Shown here piece by piece: positions 30,529-44,150 of a stretch of 64,000 bases of DNA (positions within the stretch are counted from its first letter, which is position 1; every line of letters starts with the position of its first letter). The notes below the pieces were generated by a model, which made no database searches, was not told the origin of the DNA, and saw nothing but the letters and a program-made list of their open reading frames with translations. Source of the DNA: Eledone cirrhosa (Eukaryota); the NCBI GenBank assembly GCA_964016885.1, contig OZ024762.1:10726001-10790000 (forward strand), in the 5' to 3' direction. The translations under genes were made by a program, and so were the position numbers.

Positions 30529-31253
30529 GTAAGAAAGAGGGGTGGTGGTGGTGGAGGAGTAGTACTGGTGGTTAATTTTGTTATGTTTCTGGCGTAATTG
30601 TTTGTTTTGTCCTGGGTCAACCTATATCCTGTTGACAGATCTGTGTTCGGAGGCGGCCGATCATTGACGGAAATGCCCGACGTCGTATAAATAATGAAAT
30701 CGACATATTTATATACGTACATACACACATATATAGATACATATATACATACTTATATATATATAGAGAGAGAGAGAGAGAGATACATACTCACATACAT
30801 CTATACATCATCATCATCATCGTTTAACGTCCCATATTCCACGCTAGCAAGGGTTTGGACGGGAATTTTCCCACTTGAGGCAAGATTGGTTGTCTTGCTC
30901 GTATAGGACTGTCAGGCGGGTTTTCTACGGCTGGGTGCCCTTCCTAATACCAACCACGTTTACAGTGTGGACTGGGAGGTTTTTAACGTGTTACCTACAC
31001 AGCCACATTACAACGTGGACTGATACACATATATATATATATATAGAGAGAGAGAGATAGATACATACTCACATACATAGATATATAACATACATCTATA
31101 CAGACATACATATATATATATAGAGAGAGAGAGATAGATACATATACTTACATATGTATACATATAAACATACATACATATATATATTCACACATAAATA
31201 TATACATATATATATACTCACACAAATATATATATATATACATACACATATGT

Positions 31254-31286
<33 letters not shown>

Positions 31287-33923
31287 CTCGCGTACACATA
31301 TATACATACATACATATAAACATACATACATACACACACTGTAGCACGTATGTCACTGGAATTGTCAACATACATGCACACGTGTATATATGTATTACGC
31401 ATATATATATGTGTGTGTGTGTGTGTTTTCGGCAATCTCCGTGATGTACGGAGATAGATACATATATTTACGAGTGTATATAATATACAACCAGATCATG
31501 TATGTTTATTATACATAAACATATTGTATATACTTCTATATACGTCTCTAATCTGAATCGCGCTTTGTCAATGAAACTTAGGATTTATACATACATATGT
31601 TGATAAACATATATGTATATATATATTTGTGTATATATATGTGTGTATGTATATATTTGTGTGTGATTGTACGGATATATGTGTATACATACGTGTGTAT
31701 ACACGTATATATATGTATACACGTATGTGTATGTGTCTATATGCGTATATATATGTGTGTAAATAATCGTATATTTGTTTGTATATACGTGTATATATAC
31801 ACATGTATGTGTATATATACACATATATAGATGTGTGTATATATACACACATATATGTATATATACACACCTATATATATATATGTATATATACACACCT
31901 ATATATATATATGTATATAATATACTATATATCAATTACATATATACTATATTATATACATTAGTGACATTACTAAACTAAATAGTTTCATGGAAATATT
32001 AAAATATTTTCGTTCTTTTAATGCTTTCATTATTGGGTGCGTCATGTATATATATATATATATGTATGTGTGTATATATATGTATGTATGTGTGTATATA
32101 TATGTATATATGTATGTGTGTGTGTGTATAATATATATTATGCTATATATTTATGCATGTCCATATCTACGTGTATGTATGTATATATATATATATAGAG
32201 AGAGAGAGATGGAGAGTGAGAGAGATTTTTTTTATTGAGAAGCACAAAAATCAAACGTGTGTGTATATATATATATATTATATTATATTATATTACTATC
32301 ATAGTACCTGGCTGAAAAGACAGGGTTTAAAGGAACAAATATTTAAGAGGAATCAGATATGTGCAGGAGAGAAGGCTGTGCTGGTATAGACGTGATGTAT
32401 ATAGACTGATTGTTTGGTGAAGAAGTGCCAAGAAATCCCAGTGGGGGGGAAGCAACAGTTGGGGATGTCCAAGAATATGCTAAGAGAAAAACTGGGTACA
32501 AGAGGAATCAAATGTAGTGTGCAGGAGAGAAGACTGTGATGGTATAAATAATGATTTTTTGGTGAAGAAGTGCCAAGAAATCCCAGTGGGGGGGGGGGGG
32601 AAGCAACAGTAGGGGATGTCCAAGAATATGCTAAGAGAAAAACTGGGTACAAGAGGAATCAAATGTAGTGTGCAGGAGAGAAGACTGTGATGGTATAAAT
32701 AATGATTTTTTGGTGAAGAAGTGCCAAGAAATCCCAGTGGGGGGGGGGGGGGGGGGAAGCAACAGTAGAGGCAGTCCAAGGAAGACCAAGCAGAGCATGT
32801 GAGAACTGATCTGAAATCACGAGAGCTCACAGAGGAGATGACGAAAGACTGCAACTAGCAGAGAGATGCTGTGCTGACAAAAGCCTGTTAAAGCAGATAT
32901 AAATGATGATGTTGATGATTATTATTATTAGGGTGTTGGACTCATGATCCTAAAGTCATGAGTTTGATTCTTGGTGCATTGAATCTTGAGCAAAACACTA
33001 TGTCACATTGTTTTTGGTGATAGGATTGAAGCCTCAACCAGTAAAACAACCGAGAAACCTCCTATGAGGTACGATCTCATAGGAGGCCAGTTAAACCTGC
33101 GTAGGTGTGAGCTGTAACAACAGCATGATAGGTCTGGGGCCTCCTGTCATTAGAATATCCTTAAAACGTCCTATAAAATGCCACCTCATATAAGGTCAGC
33201 TAAACATGCATAGCTGTGAGCTGTAATAACATGGTATGACAAGAGACCCTATCATTAAAACACCTCTAAAACAACCTTTAACCCTTTAACATTTAAATCG
33301 GCTGTATCCAGTAAGAATTCTCTCACAGCTTTCTGTTCAAACCGGCCATAACCGGCTGCTCATACTTATGTTAAGGTATTGTTTTCAAAATTAAATAATA
33401 TCAAAATCTCAGATTCAATATTATGAAAATAATATAGAGTAATGAAAATGGTAAAGGGTTAAGATGCAACTTTGGAGGATACCAGCTAAATCTGCACAGG
33501 TGTGAACTGTAAATTTCATTTCATTATATATATATATATATAACAAAGGAAGTGTGGTAAGAAACCAGGTGGACCATAACGCACCAGAGTACTCAATACT
33601 TTGGGTAGTAGCGTGGGTATATATATATATATATAGACAAACAACATTTGAATGATTCAAAGTCACAGTTCATCTGAAACATTTTAAAGTGATTAAAAGC
33701 AATTATTTGATGAAAGAAGATTGAGTTTCCTTTGATACTATATATATATATATATATATATATGTCCCAAGGCTCTGATACCATCAACACTATACACACA
33801 GAGCTGGCATATCTAAGAACTGACTAACTGCCTGATGAGGTCATAGCCATTCAATGGCTATCATCGAAATATATATAGCAGTAAATAAAGGATTATGAGT
33901 TCATGCAATTGACTTATGTTTCG

Positions 33924-33964
<41 letters not shown>

Positions 33965-34655
33965 GTACAGTCCAAGGAAACAACAAACAGGTACAAAAAG
34001 TCTTATTAGTTTCACGCTTTATATGGAAAAGGGGAAAAAAGGTTTGACATGTTGGGCCTAAGCCCTTCTTCAAGAGTACAAAAGTAGAGACAGGATCATA
34101 CACATATATACATAATCTGCACAGGTGTGAACTTTAAATTTCATCTCATTATATATGGATTGGCAATATCGGTAGAGAGTCGGACGCCATGCTTTCCAGC
34201 ATAGTTACATCCCTTTATGGTCTGAGTTCAAATCCTGCCGAGGTTAACTTTGCCTTTCATCCTTACGGGGTCGATAAAATAAAGTACCAGCGATGCACTG
34301 GGTAATTGCTGGGCTTGTGCCTAAAGTAGAAACAATTATATATATAAGGAATGGAGGCACATGGCTTAGTGGTTAGAGCATTGGCCTTGCAATCGAAAGG
34401 CTGTGAGTTCAATTCTCAGACCGGGTGATGTGTTGTTTCCTTGAGCAAGACACTTTATTTCACATTGCTCTAGTTTACTCAGCTGTAGAAATGAGATGAT
34501 AGGGACTGGGGTCGTGGAGGTGCCACGGCAAAAAAGCACCCAGCACTCACTGTAAATGAGGTTGGTGTTAGGAAGGGCATCCAGCTGTAGAAATCAAGCC
34601 AGAATCAGTTCCCATCCCACCCTTGCAAGCAGGGAAAAGTGGACGTATGATGATG

Positions 34656-34690
<35 letters not shown>

Positions 34691-35266
34691 GATGAGCTGA
34701 TAAACTCCGGCCTCACACACTTACACCTCTCCAAGACAATGTCACTGGACCGAGACCTTTGGCGGTACTCAGTAACAGAGAAGACCCGCCTTGCCAGTAG
34801 GCATCTCTAACAAAATACACCCCGTCCCGCCACCACCCCCACCCCATCCACACCACCCCGTTCTATGTAAAGTTATGTTGGTGCCGCGCCATCCAGGCCG
34901 AAACAAATGAGATCGTGTAGGTGTCACGACAAAAAAACACACAGTCCACGCTGTAATGTGGCCGTGTAGGCAACACGGTAAAAACCTCCCAGACCCACAC
35001 TGTAAATGTGGTTGGTGTTAGGAAGGGCATCCAGCTGTAGAAAACCTGCCAGAGAGTCCACACTGTAATGTGGCCGTGTAGGCAACACAGTAAAAACCTC
35101 CCAGACCCACACTGTAAATGTGGTTGGTGTTAGGAAGGGCATCCAACTGTAGAAAACCTGCCAGACAGTCCAATGCGAGCAAGACAATCACTCTTGCCTC
35201 AAGTGGGACTACCCCCGTCCAAACCCATGCAAGCGTGGAACACGGACGTTAAACGTTGATGATGAT

Positions 35267-35319
<53 letters not shown>

Positions 35320-35610
35320 ATGTATATATATATATTCTTTATAGTTAAATCATAAATACATGTGAACTAATTTAACAAGCTGTGTGAATTAGAACCTTTA
35401 TTCATGACTCTCTGCTTTGTAACCAGGCTGTGTGTGTCTGGTGTATGTGGTGTGTGTGTGTGTATGTCTATGTAGTGTATGTGTGTGTATGTAGGACACT
35501 TTACTGTGAAACTCATCGATTAAGCAGCTGGCTACCCAACATTAAAGAAATTGAAGAATAATGCATATTTAGGTTTTACAAACATACATGTAAACTAGCA
35601 TGCATCTGTG

Positions 35611-35669
<59 letters not shown>

Positions 35670-38666
35670 AGATATATATATATATGTGTGTGTGTGTATA
35701 TATATATAGGTTTGTATGTGTATATATATAGGTGTGTGTACATACATGTGTGTATATATATATATAGGTTTGTATGTGTATATATATAGGTGTGTGTATA
35801 TGTATATGTATATGTGTATATATATATAGGTGTGTGTGTATATATATATAGGTGTATGTGTATATATATATATATATAGGTGTGTGTGTATATATATATA
35901 GGTGTATGTGTGTATATATATATATATAGGTGTATGTGTGTATATATATATATATATAGGTGTATGTGTGTATATATATATATATATATAGGTGTGTGTG
36001 TGTATATATATATATAGGTGTATGTGTGTATATATATATATATAGGTGTATGTGTGTATATATATATATATATATAGGTGTGTGTGTATATATATATATA
36101 TATATAGGTGTATGTGTATGTATATATATATATATAGGTGTATGTGTGTATATATATATATATAGGTGTGTGTATATATATATATATAGGTGTATGTGTG
36201 TGTATATATATATATATAGGTGTATGTGTGTGTGTGTATATATAGATGTGTGTGTATATGTGTATTCCTTGCTAGCATGGAAGAAAGTAGACAATACACA
36301 ATAAAACCAATGACAAAAGAAGTCAGCCTGGGAATATGGCCAGAGTGGAATCTGTTGAGAAATTGGTCTTTTCTCTTGTATTATGGCTTAGAGGGGGGGG
36401 GGGATACTGGTGGTGGTGATAATGATGGCAGTGGTAGTGGTTATGAAGGTGGAAGGTGGTCGTCATGGTGATGGTGGTGGTGGTGGTAGTGGTTATGAAG
36501 GTGGAAGGTGGTCATCATGGTGATGGTGATATTGATGGCAATGGTGGTGGTGGTTATGAGGGTGGAAGGTGGTCATCATGGTGATGGTGATATTGATGGC
36601 AATGGCGGTGGTGGTGGTGGTGGTGGTGGTAGTGGTAGTGGTTTTGATGAGGGTGGTGGTGATGGTGATAGCAATAATGGCTGTGGTGTGTGGTGGTGGT
36701 GGTGGTGGTAGTGATGTCACTGGTGGTGGTGGTGGTGGTAGTAATGCTGAGATTGGTAGTGATGTCGGAGGTGGTGGTGGTGATAGCAATGATGGCTGTG
36801 GGGGTGGTGGTGGTGGTAGTGATGTCACTGGTGGTGGTGGTGGTGGTAGTAATGCTGAGAGTGGTAGTGATGTCGGAGGTGGTGGTGGTGGTGATAGCAA
36901 TGATGGCTGTGGGGGTGGTGGTGGTGGTGGTTGCAGAGTAGCTAGGAGGAGGAGAAGAAAAAAAAAAAAGAAAATATATCATCATCATCGTTTAACATCT
37001 ATTTTCCAAAGCATGGGTTTGACAGGTTGACATCTTACAGAATGGACTGGGTGCTTTTTTTTTTGTAATGGAACCAGTACTATCAACTTACAGAGTGGAC
37101 CAAGTGCTTTTTGTCAGGGCACCAGTAGGACCCCTTTACAAAGTCGATAGGGTGCTTTTTGTCATGTCTAGTCTAAAGTCTCTCTCAAGCCACTAGACTC
37201 ACCAGATTGCTGAAGCTCCACAGAGGAGATGATGAAGGACCGTGACAAGTGGAGAGATGCTGTGCTGAATAGGACCCTTTCCACCCTTGAAAGCAGGGAA
37301 AAGCGGACGTAAAATGATGATGATGAAGGGTTAACAAATCGTCCTTGTATTATTATATTACACTCTGTCTAGCTCTACACCTCGCCACTGACATGAACCT
37401 ACAGTAACTTCATGTTCCACTCCCTGGGTATATATAAATATATATGGAGGCACATGGCTTAGTGGTTAGAGCATTGGCCTTGCAATCGAAAGGCTGTGAG
37501 TTCAATTCTCAGACCGGGTGATGTGTTGTTTCCTTGAGCAAGACACTTTATTTCACATTGCTCCAGTTTACTCAGCTGTAGAAATGAGATGATAGGGACT
37601 GGGGTCCCTATCATTCCACTGCAAAAGTGGTCATGTTGGTGCCACAGCAAAAAAGCACCCAGCACTCACTGTAATTGAGGTTGGTGTTAGGAAGGGAATC
37701 AAGCCAGAATCAGTTCCCGTCCCACCCTTGCAAGCAGGGAAAAGTGGACGTAAAATGATGATGATGATGATGATATATGAAAAGAGTCAGGAGCCCGACG
37801 GCTGAGCTCTGGACGTTTCAACAGCTAGATCCGAGTTTGGATCTAGCTGTCGAAATGACTAGAGCTCAACCATCGGGATCCTGTCGCTTTTCATATTACC
37901 CACTCTACTACCCTAAGTATCAAGTACTCTGGTGTGTTATGGTCGACATGATATCGAACTGGCCCGAATCTGTAATCAAAAGCTCGTTGGACCTCTGCTG
38001 TTGTAATGACAGAATGCCATACACACACACATAAATACATACATATATGTACTGCATATTCCCTCAGCTTTCTCTCTCTCTCTTATGTATATCTAATTCT
38101 GTTTTTCTCTTTTACTTTCTTCCTCAACAGCCACTGAATACATGATTCCATCTCTATGGAAACGGATATTAGCAGAATTGGTTGATTTCGTTCTTTTATT
38201 CTACATCAAGCTAATAGTGTCTGTAATGGTGATGAAACAGATGGGATACATGTAAGTATTATTACTTTCTTATGGTAATTATTGCTGTTTTGTCCATTTG
38301 TTACATATGTTACAGCCTAGTTACATATACACATAGACAGATACACAGATACACAGATAACACAAGTGCAAACACACACACACATCTACACATAAATACA
38401 TAGACAGATACACAGATAACACAAGTGCAAACACACACATCTACACATAAATACATAGACAGATACACACACACACACACATCTACACATAAATACATAG
38501 ACAGATACACAGATAACACAAGTGCAAACACACACACATACATCTACACAGATAACACAAGTGCAAACACACACACAAATACATAGACATCTACACAGAT
38601 AACAAAAGTACAAACGCACACACACATCTACATATAAATACATAGACAGATACAGATAACAAAAGT

Positions 38667-38707
<41 letters not shown>

Positions 38708-39104
38708 GATCTATTCATACATATTCATAAATAGACACATTCAAAATAATTATTATGTACATGCACACACAACTTGTAATGATTGAGGATGGAAGGGGCT
38801 GGTGAAATGCTATAACAATGAGCGTTCAAAGATTAGTGAGTGTATATGAACTTTTCAGCCGACTCTCGTGTGTGTATATCATCATCATCATCATCATTTT
38901 ACGTCCGCTCTTCCCTGCTTTCAAGGGTGGGACATATATATATATAGTAATAATAATAAATGTGAAGACTTAAATCCAAAGAGGGCTCGATAAGGATAAA
39001 TATATATCAAATATATAAGAACCCTAGAGCAAATATTTATTAAAATAACAGATTAAAGTTTAAGCAAAGAATCGCTGCTTTCATCCTTAAATTTTAATCT
39101 GTTA

Positions 39105-39149
<45 letters not shown>

Positions 39150-40752
39150 TTTGAGTATATGTTGGTTGTTTACCGACACCTCAGTATGCAGATTGGAGCA
39201 CTCAACAAAGTACGCAGGTTGGTTTGGTTACTCCAGAGTAATGTAAAAACATATGATTCCAGTTACTCAGAGAAATAACAACCCAACCAGGAGCTGGACA
39301 TATCGGAGTATTGACGGAGTAAAACACTTCAACATGTGTACCTGTCTCTACCACACCAATTCGGACTGCCTGAAGAGGTCACAGCCAATGATGGCTGTCA
39401 CCGAAATATATATGGCAGTACATCTTTAATAAACGAAGCCAAATTTTAAATATTTGACTTAATTATTTTATATATATATATATATATGTCCGTGTGTGTA
39501 TATATGTATGTTTGTTTACATATATGTATATATTTCTATATTTTTCTCTTTTTCTATCCAATATTTTAACAGAGATTTAGAGAAGTATGACCTAGAATAT
39601 AACTGGTATGTGGCAATGGACGACTTTGATATCAGCAAAATGTTTCATTTTACGTCGGAAATGATTTTGTTTGAGTTACTAAACAGGATCTCTATAACAA
39701 TTGTTGAGGTACGTCACTTTTCTATCATCTCACTAGCTAGACCATTACTCAACAGAGTACTCAATACTTGGGGTAGTAGAGTAAGGTTATATTATAAAGA
39801 GTTGGGATATGACTCTTTGGTAGTTAAGACGGGATTTAATCACCATAATTGTGTATTGCATTATATATATTTCTGTTACATGGTTATTCATGTGACTTTG
39901 TTACATGTATATATATATATATATTTATACTTGTATATGGTTTATATATAATTATAAATATGGAAGGTAGTACTAAGCACTAGCCAATTACCGGTAAGAG
40001 AAAAGACTCAGTGTAATTTATCAAATGTCTGACAGAACCGAGATACAAAATATAAAAAAATCAAATCTTAGTTTGAAGCAGGTTGTATTGGTTTACATGG
40101 TACCAGTACCAATATGACCATTCAATGCACAAGCAAAGTGTATCATCACCATTTAACGTCTATTTTTCTATGCTGGCATCGGTTAGATGAGTCGTTGATG
40201 TCATGAGACAACTCTGACCAGCTGGCTGTGCCAAACCTTGCTCAAACAGAACTGTATTTTGGCTGGCATTTCTACAGCTGGATGCCATTTCCTAACACCA
40301 ACCACATTTACAGTGAGTGCTGGGTGCTTTTTTTCCGTGGCACCTCCACAACCACTTTGCAATGGAATGATATGGACCCCAGTCCCTATCATCTCATTTC
40401 TACAGCTGGATGCCATTCCTAACACGAACCACATTTACAGTGTGATAATAAGAAAAAAACTATGATGTTTTGTTTGTCGATAATTGATAAAAACATCTAA
40501 ATGAAACTTGCAAGGGTGGGATGGGAACTGATTCTGGCTTGATTTCTACAGCTGGATGCCCTTCCTAACACCAACCTCATTTACAGTGAGTGTTGGGTGC
40601 TTTTTTGCCGTGGCACCTCCACAACCACTTTGCAGTGGAATGATAGGGACCCCAGTCCCTATCATCTCATTTCTACAGCTGAGTAAACTGGAGCAATTTG
40701 AAATAAAGTGTCTTGCTCAAGGAAACAACACATCACTCGGTCTGAGAATTGA

Positions 40753-40796
<44 letters not shown>

Positions 40797-42630
40797 CCAA
40801 ATTGAAGGATGAGTATTTAGACTTTATTTTATTCTGAGTTAAGGCTCTATTGATTTTTCCCTGGATTTCACAAAATTCTATGGATTAATCTATGTCTTGA
40901 GTTTGAATTATTTTCCCGCATCTTACGTTAACTATTTTTCCATTTTGACGTTTTAGACGTTATAGTCGTTATATTATGAAATACTGCTGGCTTCACGCTC
41001 ACAATAATTTCTATACTTTAATTTATATATATATATATATATGATATTTTAAAATGTTTTTTTGTTCAACTATTTTTCAGACGATGTGTTTACAACGAGG
41101 AATCGGAGTTGTGGGTGGTTCCACTCCAGGTAAAAGATTGTTAGGCATGAAAGTTGTATCGTGTACAGAAATCTCTGATCTTGGTAATGGACGAATACGC
41201 GTAACTCCAGCTCAAGATATAGGACTCAACAGGTAGGATTTTCTTGTGTGGTCAGCACAAGTTTTGTTACTGTTTTTTTTTTTACTGTTGATAGATATGG
41301 CAGGTTATTGTTACAAAATATGTAATTTCTTGCAGAGACATAGTTGACAGTTGTGGCTCCTGTGTCACTTTTGTGCGAGAAGCGGGGTCGTGCTCTGCCT
41401 GTAATGCTCCATTTGATGCTAGAGATGTTGTGCCTTTGGTCACAGAGTTCCCATATGAAACAGTACAGAGAGGTAGCTTAATCAATGCTCTGAATACCAT
41501 ATACAAAACTCCTAGATTATTGAAATTTCCTTTTGAGTTGGAGAAAGAAATAAGAAAAAAACAAGATCCTAATTGCAATTGTTAGCAACTCTCAAAGAAA
41601 AGGGGCTGATAATTTCAAGAAACTTACCAAACAAAGGATAAAAAGGACTCTCCAGTTGTGTCAAGGACATGATGACCTCTCTAGTGTTGGTGCCATAATA
41701 AAATGTATAGGAACATGAGTAAGATTAGTCCCTCCCCTGGTTTATCTGAGAGATGTGATTAATTAACAGTCCATGACAGCATCGAGGGTACCTTTGAGTT
41801 TTTCCCACTGACCAATCATTGCTCAGGCCCTAAACACCCTATAAATCGTTAGAGCTCACCATGAAGTTCCTATTCTGACTAATTTTTCACCTTCAGTTTT
41901 AGGCATATCATGCAACATCAGGGGCTGTGTTAAATTTTTTTAACAAGTTTCATTACTACACTTGATGCTGTCGTAGACTGTAAATACTCACCTGGCAAGT
42001 TATGACCCATCCAACCCTTGTTAGAAGGGTAAACATCATCATCATAATCGTTTAACATCTATCTTCCACGCTAGCATGGGTTAGACGTGAGTTGTCCCAC
42101 TTGAGGCACGATTGGTCGGGTGACCGTGTCTCACTCATATAGGACTAAATCTGGCAGGATGACCTTCCTAACACCAACCACATTTACAGTGCGAACTGGG
42201 AGGTTTTTACCGTGTTACCTACACAGCCACATTACAATGTGGACTGCGTGTTTTTTGTCGTGACACCTACACAACCTCATTTATTTAGGACTGGATGTTG
42301 TGGTACTTTACAGAGAAAGGGGTGGTGTTAATGGGAGTGGAATGATGGCGTATGGGTAGTTGGTTGGGGGGGGGGGGGTGTATTTGGTTAAGAGGTGCCT
42401 ACTGACTGTAATATATAATTAATATAAAATATATATTGATTACCTTTCTGTCATTCTCTCTCTCTCTCATTTTCAGTGCACTTTTAAGATCCGTGTTAAA
42501 GAACTTCACGATAGCGTTCTTCTTCCCAGCATGCCTGACTGTGTTTTTCTTCGATCATAACCGTGCTGCCTACGATGTCCTTGCCGGCAGCATAGTTGTA
42601 CAACCTATTGATGAGGCCGCAGAAGCCTGA
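29133..42630 (+). CDS. FAM8A1: FAM8A1 orthologue (RDD-domain ER membrane protein, HRD1/ERAD cofactor family); join(29133..30528,38131..38251,39573..39708,41081..41232,42477..42630), 652 aa
   Basis: Manual splicing gives five exons (1396+121+136+152+154 = 1959 nt), all GT-AG, intron phases 1,2,0,2, one uninterrupted frame. Motifs [50 protein letters not shown] and [39 protein letters not shown] match my recollection of vertebrate FAM8A1. Confidence 0.95.
32330..32925 (+). mobile_element. RTE 3' fragment with internal triplication (about 150-bp unit)
   Basis: [12 protein letters not shown]...[12 protein letters not shown] repeated; ...[16 protein letters not shown]; (ATG)n tail. Confidence 0.65.
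33282..33458. mobile_element. piggyBac-like MITE, same family, unexpanded and in the opposite orientation
   Basis: TTAA-CCCTTTA...TAAAGGG-TTAA; single copy of GAATTCTCTCAC..TTCTGTTCAAAC.GGC. Confidence 0.8.
33827..33882 (+). ncRNA. Minimal type-I hammerhead ribozyme motif, canonical core, in FAM8A1 intron 1 (sense)
   Basis: ACTGC-CTGATGA-GGTCATAGCCAT/ATGGCTATCATC-GAAA-TATATA-TA-GCAGT. Confidence 0.82.
34815..35267 (+). mobile_element. SINE-like family C with GGACGTTAAACG-(ATG)n tail and a 112-bp internal duplication
   Basis: Reverse-orientation copies at 30805-31020, 42035-42400 and 54882-55340. Confidence 0.75.
36405..36932. repeat. (GGT)n-rich low-complexity tract with internal duplications, FAM8A1 intron 1
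   Basis: Seen directly; similar tract at 44835-44920. Confidence 0.85.
37446..37773 (+). mobile_element. tRNA-derived SINE family B with (ATG)n tail
   Basis: Head GGAGGCACATGGCTTAGTGGTTAGAGC..GAGTTCAATTCTC; core TCCTTGAGCAAGACACTTTATTTCAC. Copies at 7330(-), 18650-18997(-), 24060-24236(-), 34352-34655(+), 40505-40755(-), 45548-45880(+). Confidence 0.88.
38131..38251 (+). CDS. FAM8A1: FAM8A1 exon 2 (start of RDD domain: [39 protein letters not shown])
   Basis: Polypyrimidine tract plus CAG acceptor at 38128-38130; donor GTAAGT at 38252; absent from the ORF track. Confidence 0.93.
39365..39419 (+). ncRNA. Hammerhead motif with G at the cleavage position (probably inactive), FAM8A1 intron 2; part of a Penelope pLTR at about 39250-39470
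   Basis: ACTGC-CTGAAGA-GGTCACAGCCA/TGGCTGTCACC-GAAA-TATATA-TG-GCAGT; flanks are homologous to 5890-6100. Confidence 0.75.
39573..39708 (+). CDS. FAM8A1: FAM8A1 exon 3 ([45 protein letters not shown])
   Basis: CAG acceptor at 39570-39572; donor GAG|GTACGT at 39709; phases fit exons 2 and 4. Confidence 0.9.
41081..41232 (+). CDS. FAM8A1: FAM8A1 exon 4 ([50 protein letters not shown])
   Basis: TTTTTCAG acceptor; RDD signature G.TPGK..LG.KVV; donor AG|GTAGGA at 41233. Confidence 0.94.
42477..42630 (+). CDS. FAM8A1: FAM8A1 exon 5 (terminal coding exon)
   Basis: Polypyrimidine tract plus TTTCAG acceptor; RDD C-terminal motif [15 protein letters not shown]; TGA stop. Confidence 0.94.
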
Positions 42631-43216
42631 ATTCTCCTCACTTCCTTTGTCTCTTGTTTTGCTACTCTCTCTTCTCTCTCTATTCGATGATTCTTTGGGT
42701 TGAGGGGCTGGGATGGTATTGTTATCGGGTCTTTTGGGAAGGGACGGGAGGTGGGGAAAGGGGTAGAAATTTCTATTTTCTTTCTCAGAACTTGTTTCTT
42801 TTCTATCTCAGCTTTAATTTTTCTGTGTGCAGAAGCGAACAGATGTGTGTGGGTGGGTGTGTAACTTTCTTTATTTATATCTCACTTTTTTTTTATTGTT
42901 TGTATATATATATATGTATGTATTTATGTATATATGTATATATGTATGTGTATGTGTATATATGTATGTGTATATATATCTATGTGTATATATATCTATG
43001 TATATATATGTATCTATGTATATATGTATATATATATATATATGTATGTATATATGTATATATATATATATGTATGTATATATGTATGTATATATATATA
43101 TATGTATGTATATATATATATATATATATGTATGTATATATGTATGTATATATGTATGTATATATATGTATATATATATATATGTATGTATATATATATA
43201 TGTATGTATATATATG

Positions 43217-43271
<55 letters not shown>

Positions 43272-43281
43272 GTATGTATGT

Positions 43282-43317
<36 letters not shown>

Positions 43318-43333
43318 GTATGTATATATATGT

Positions 43334-43401
<68 letters not shown>

Positions 43402-44104
43402 GTATATATATATGTATATATATATGTATATATGTATGTATATATATATATGTATGTATATATATATGTATATATATATGTATGTATATATATATGTATG
43501 TATATATATATGTATGTATATATATATGTATGTATATATATGTATATATGTATGTAAAATGTATATATATATATGTATATATGTATGTATATGTATATAT
43601 ATATGTATATATATGTGTGAATATAAATATATATATATGTGAATATATATATAGTGCGTGTTTGTTATTGCTTTTATTTTTAGTTATTTTTTTGCAGCAA
43701 AAGAGTGTGTAGATGCATATATATATATGCACACACTTATGTGGTGAGAGTGTTGCTGTTCTCTGTCCCCAAATGCAGGGGCCTATGTCTCATCAGACCA
43801 TGATGTAAATTTGTAAGGGTTTCGGCCCCATTTTATCACTACATCAGTGCTACTCGGGACCACCTAAAGTATATAGGTTATGAAACTTCTGCATAACAGC
43901 ACAAAATTTTGTGTGTCTGATGATGTGACTCCGGTCCAAATGTGTGTGTGTATATATATATGTAATAAAATTATATGCATGTGTATGTGTATATATATAT
44001 ATAAATAAATGTTTGTGTATATATATGTGTAATAAAATTATATGCATGTATATATATATATATATAAATGTTTGTGTATATATATGTGTAATAAAATTAT
44101 ATGC

Positions 44105-44150
<46 letters not shown>

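Noticed and set aside
30529-30575. ORF-track C-terminus [15 protein letters not shown] of the 480-aa ORF
   Set aside because: Read-through into intron 1 past the GTAAGA donor
36493-37030. Pro-rich, Thr-rich and Gly-rich ORFs
   Set aside because: (GGT)n low-complexity intronic tract, open in many frames, with no convincing splice context
37446-37520. tRNA-like sequences at SINE heads
   Set aside because: No complete acceptor stem, and always fused to the SINE core, so not tRNA genes
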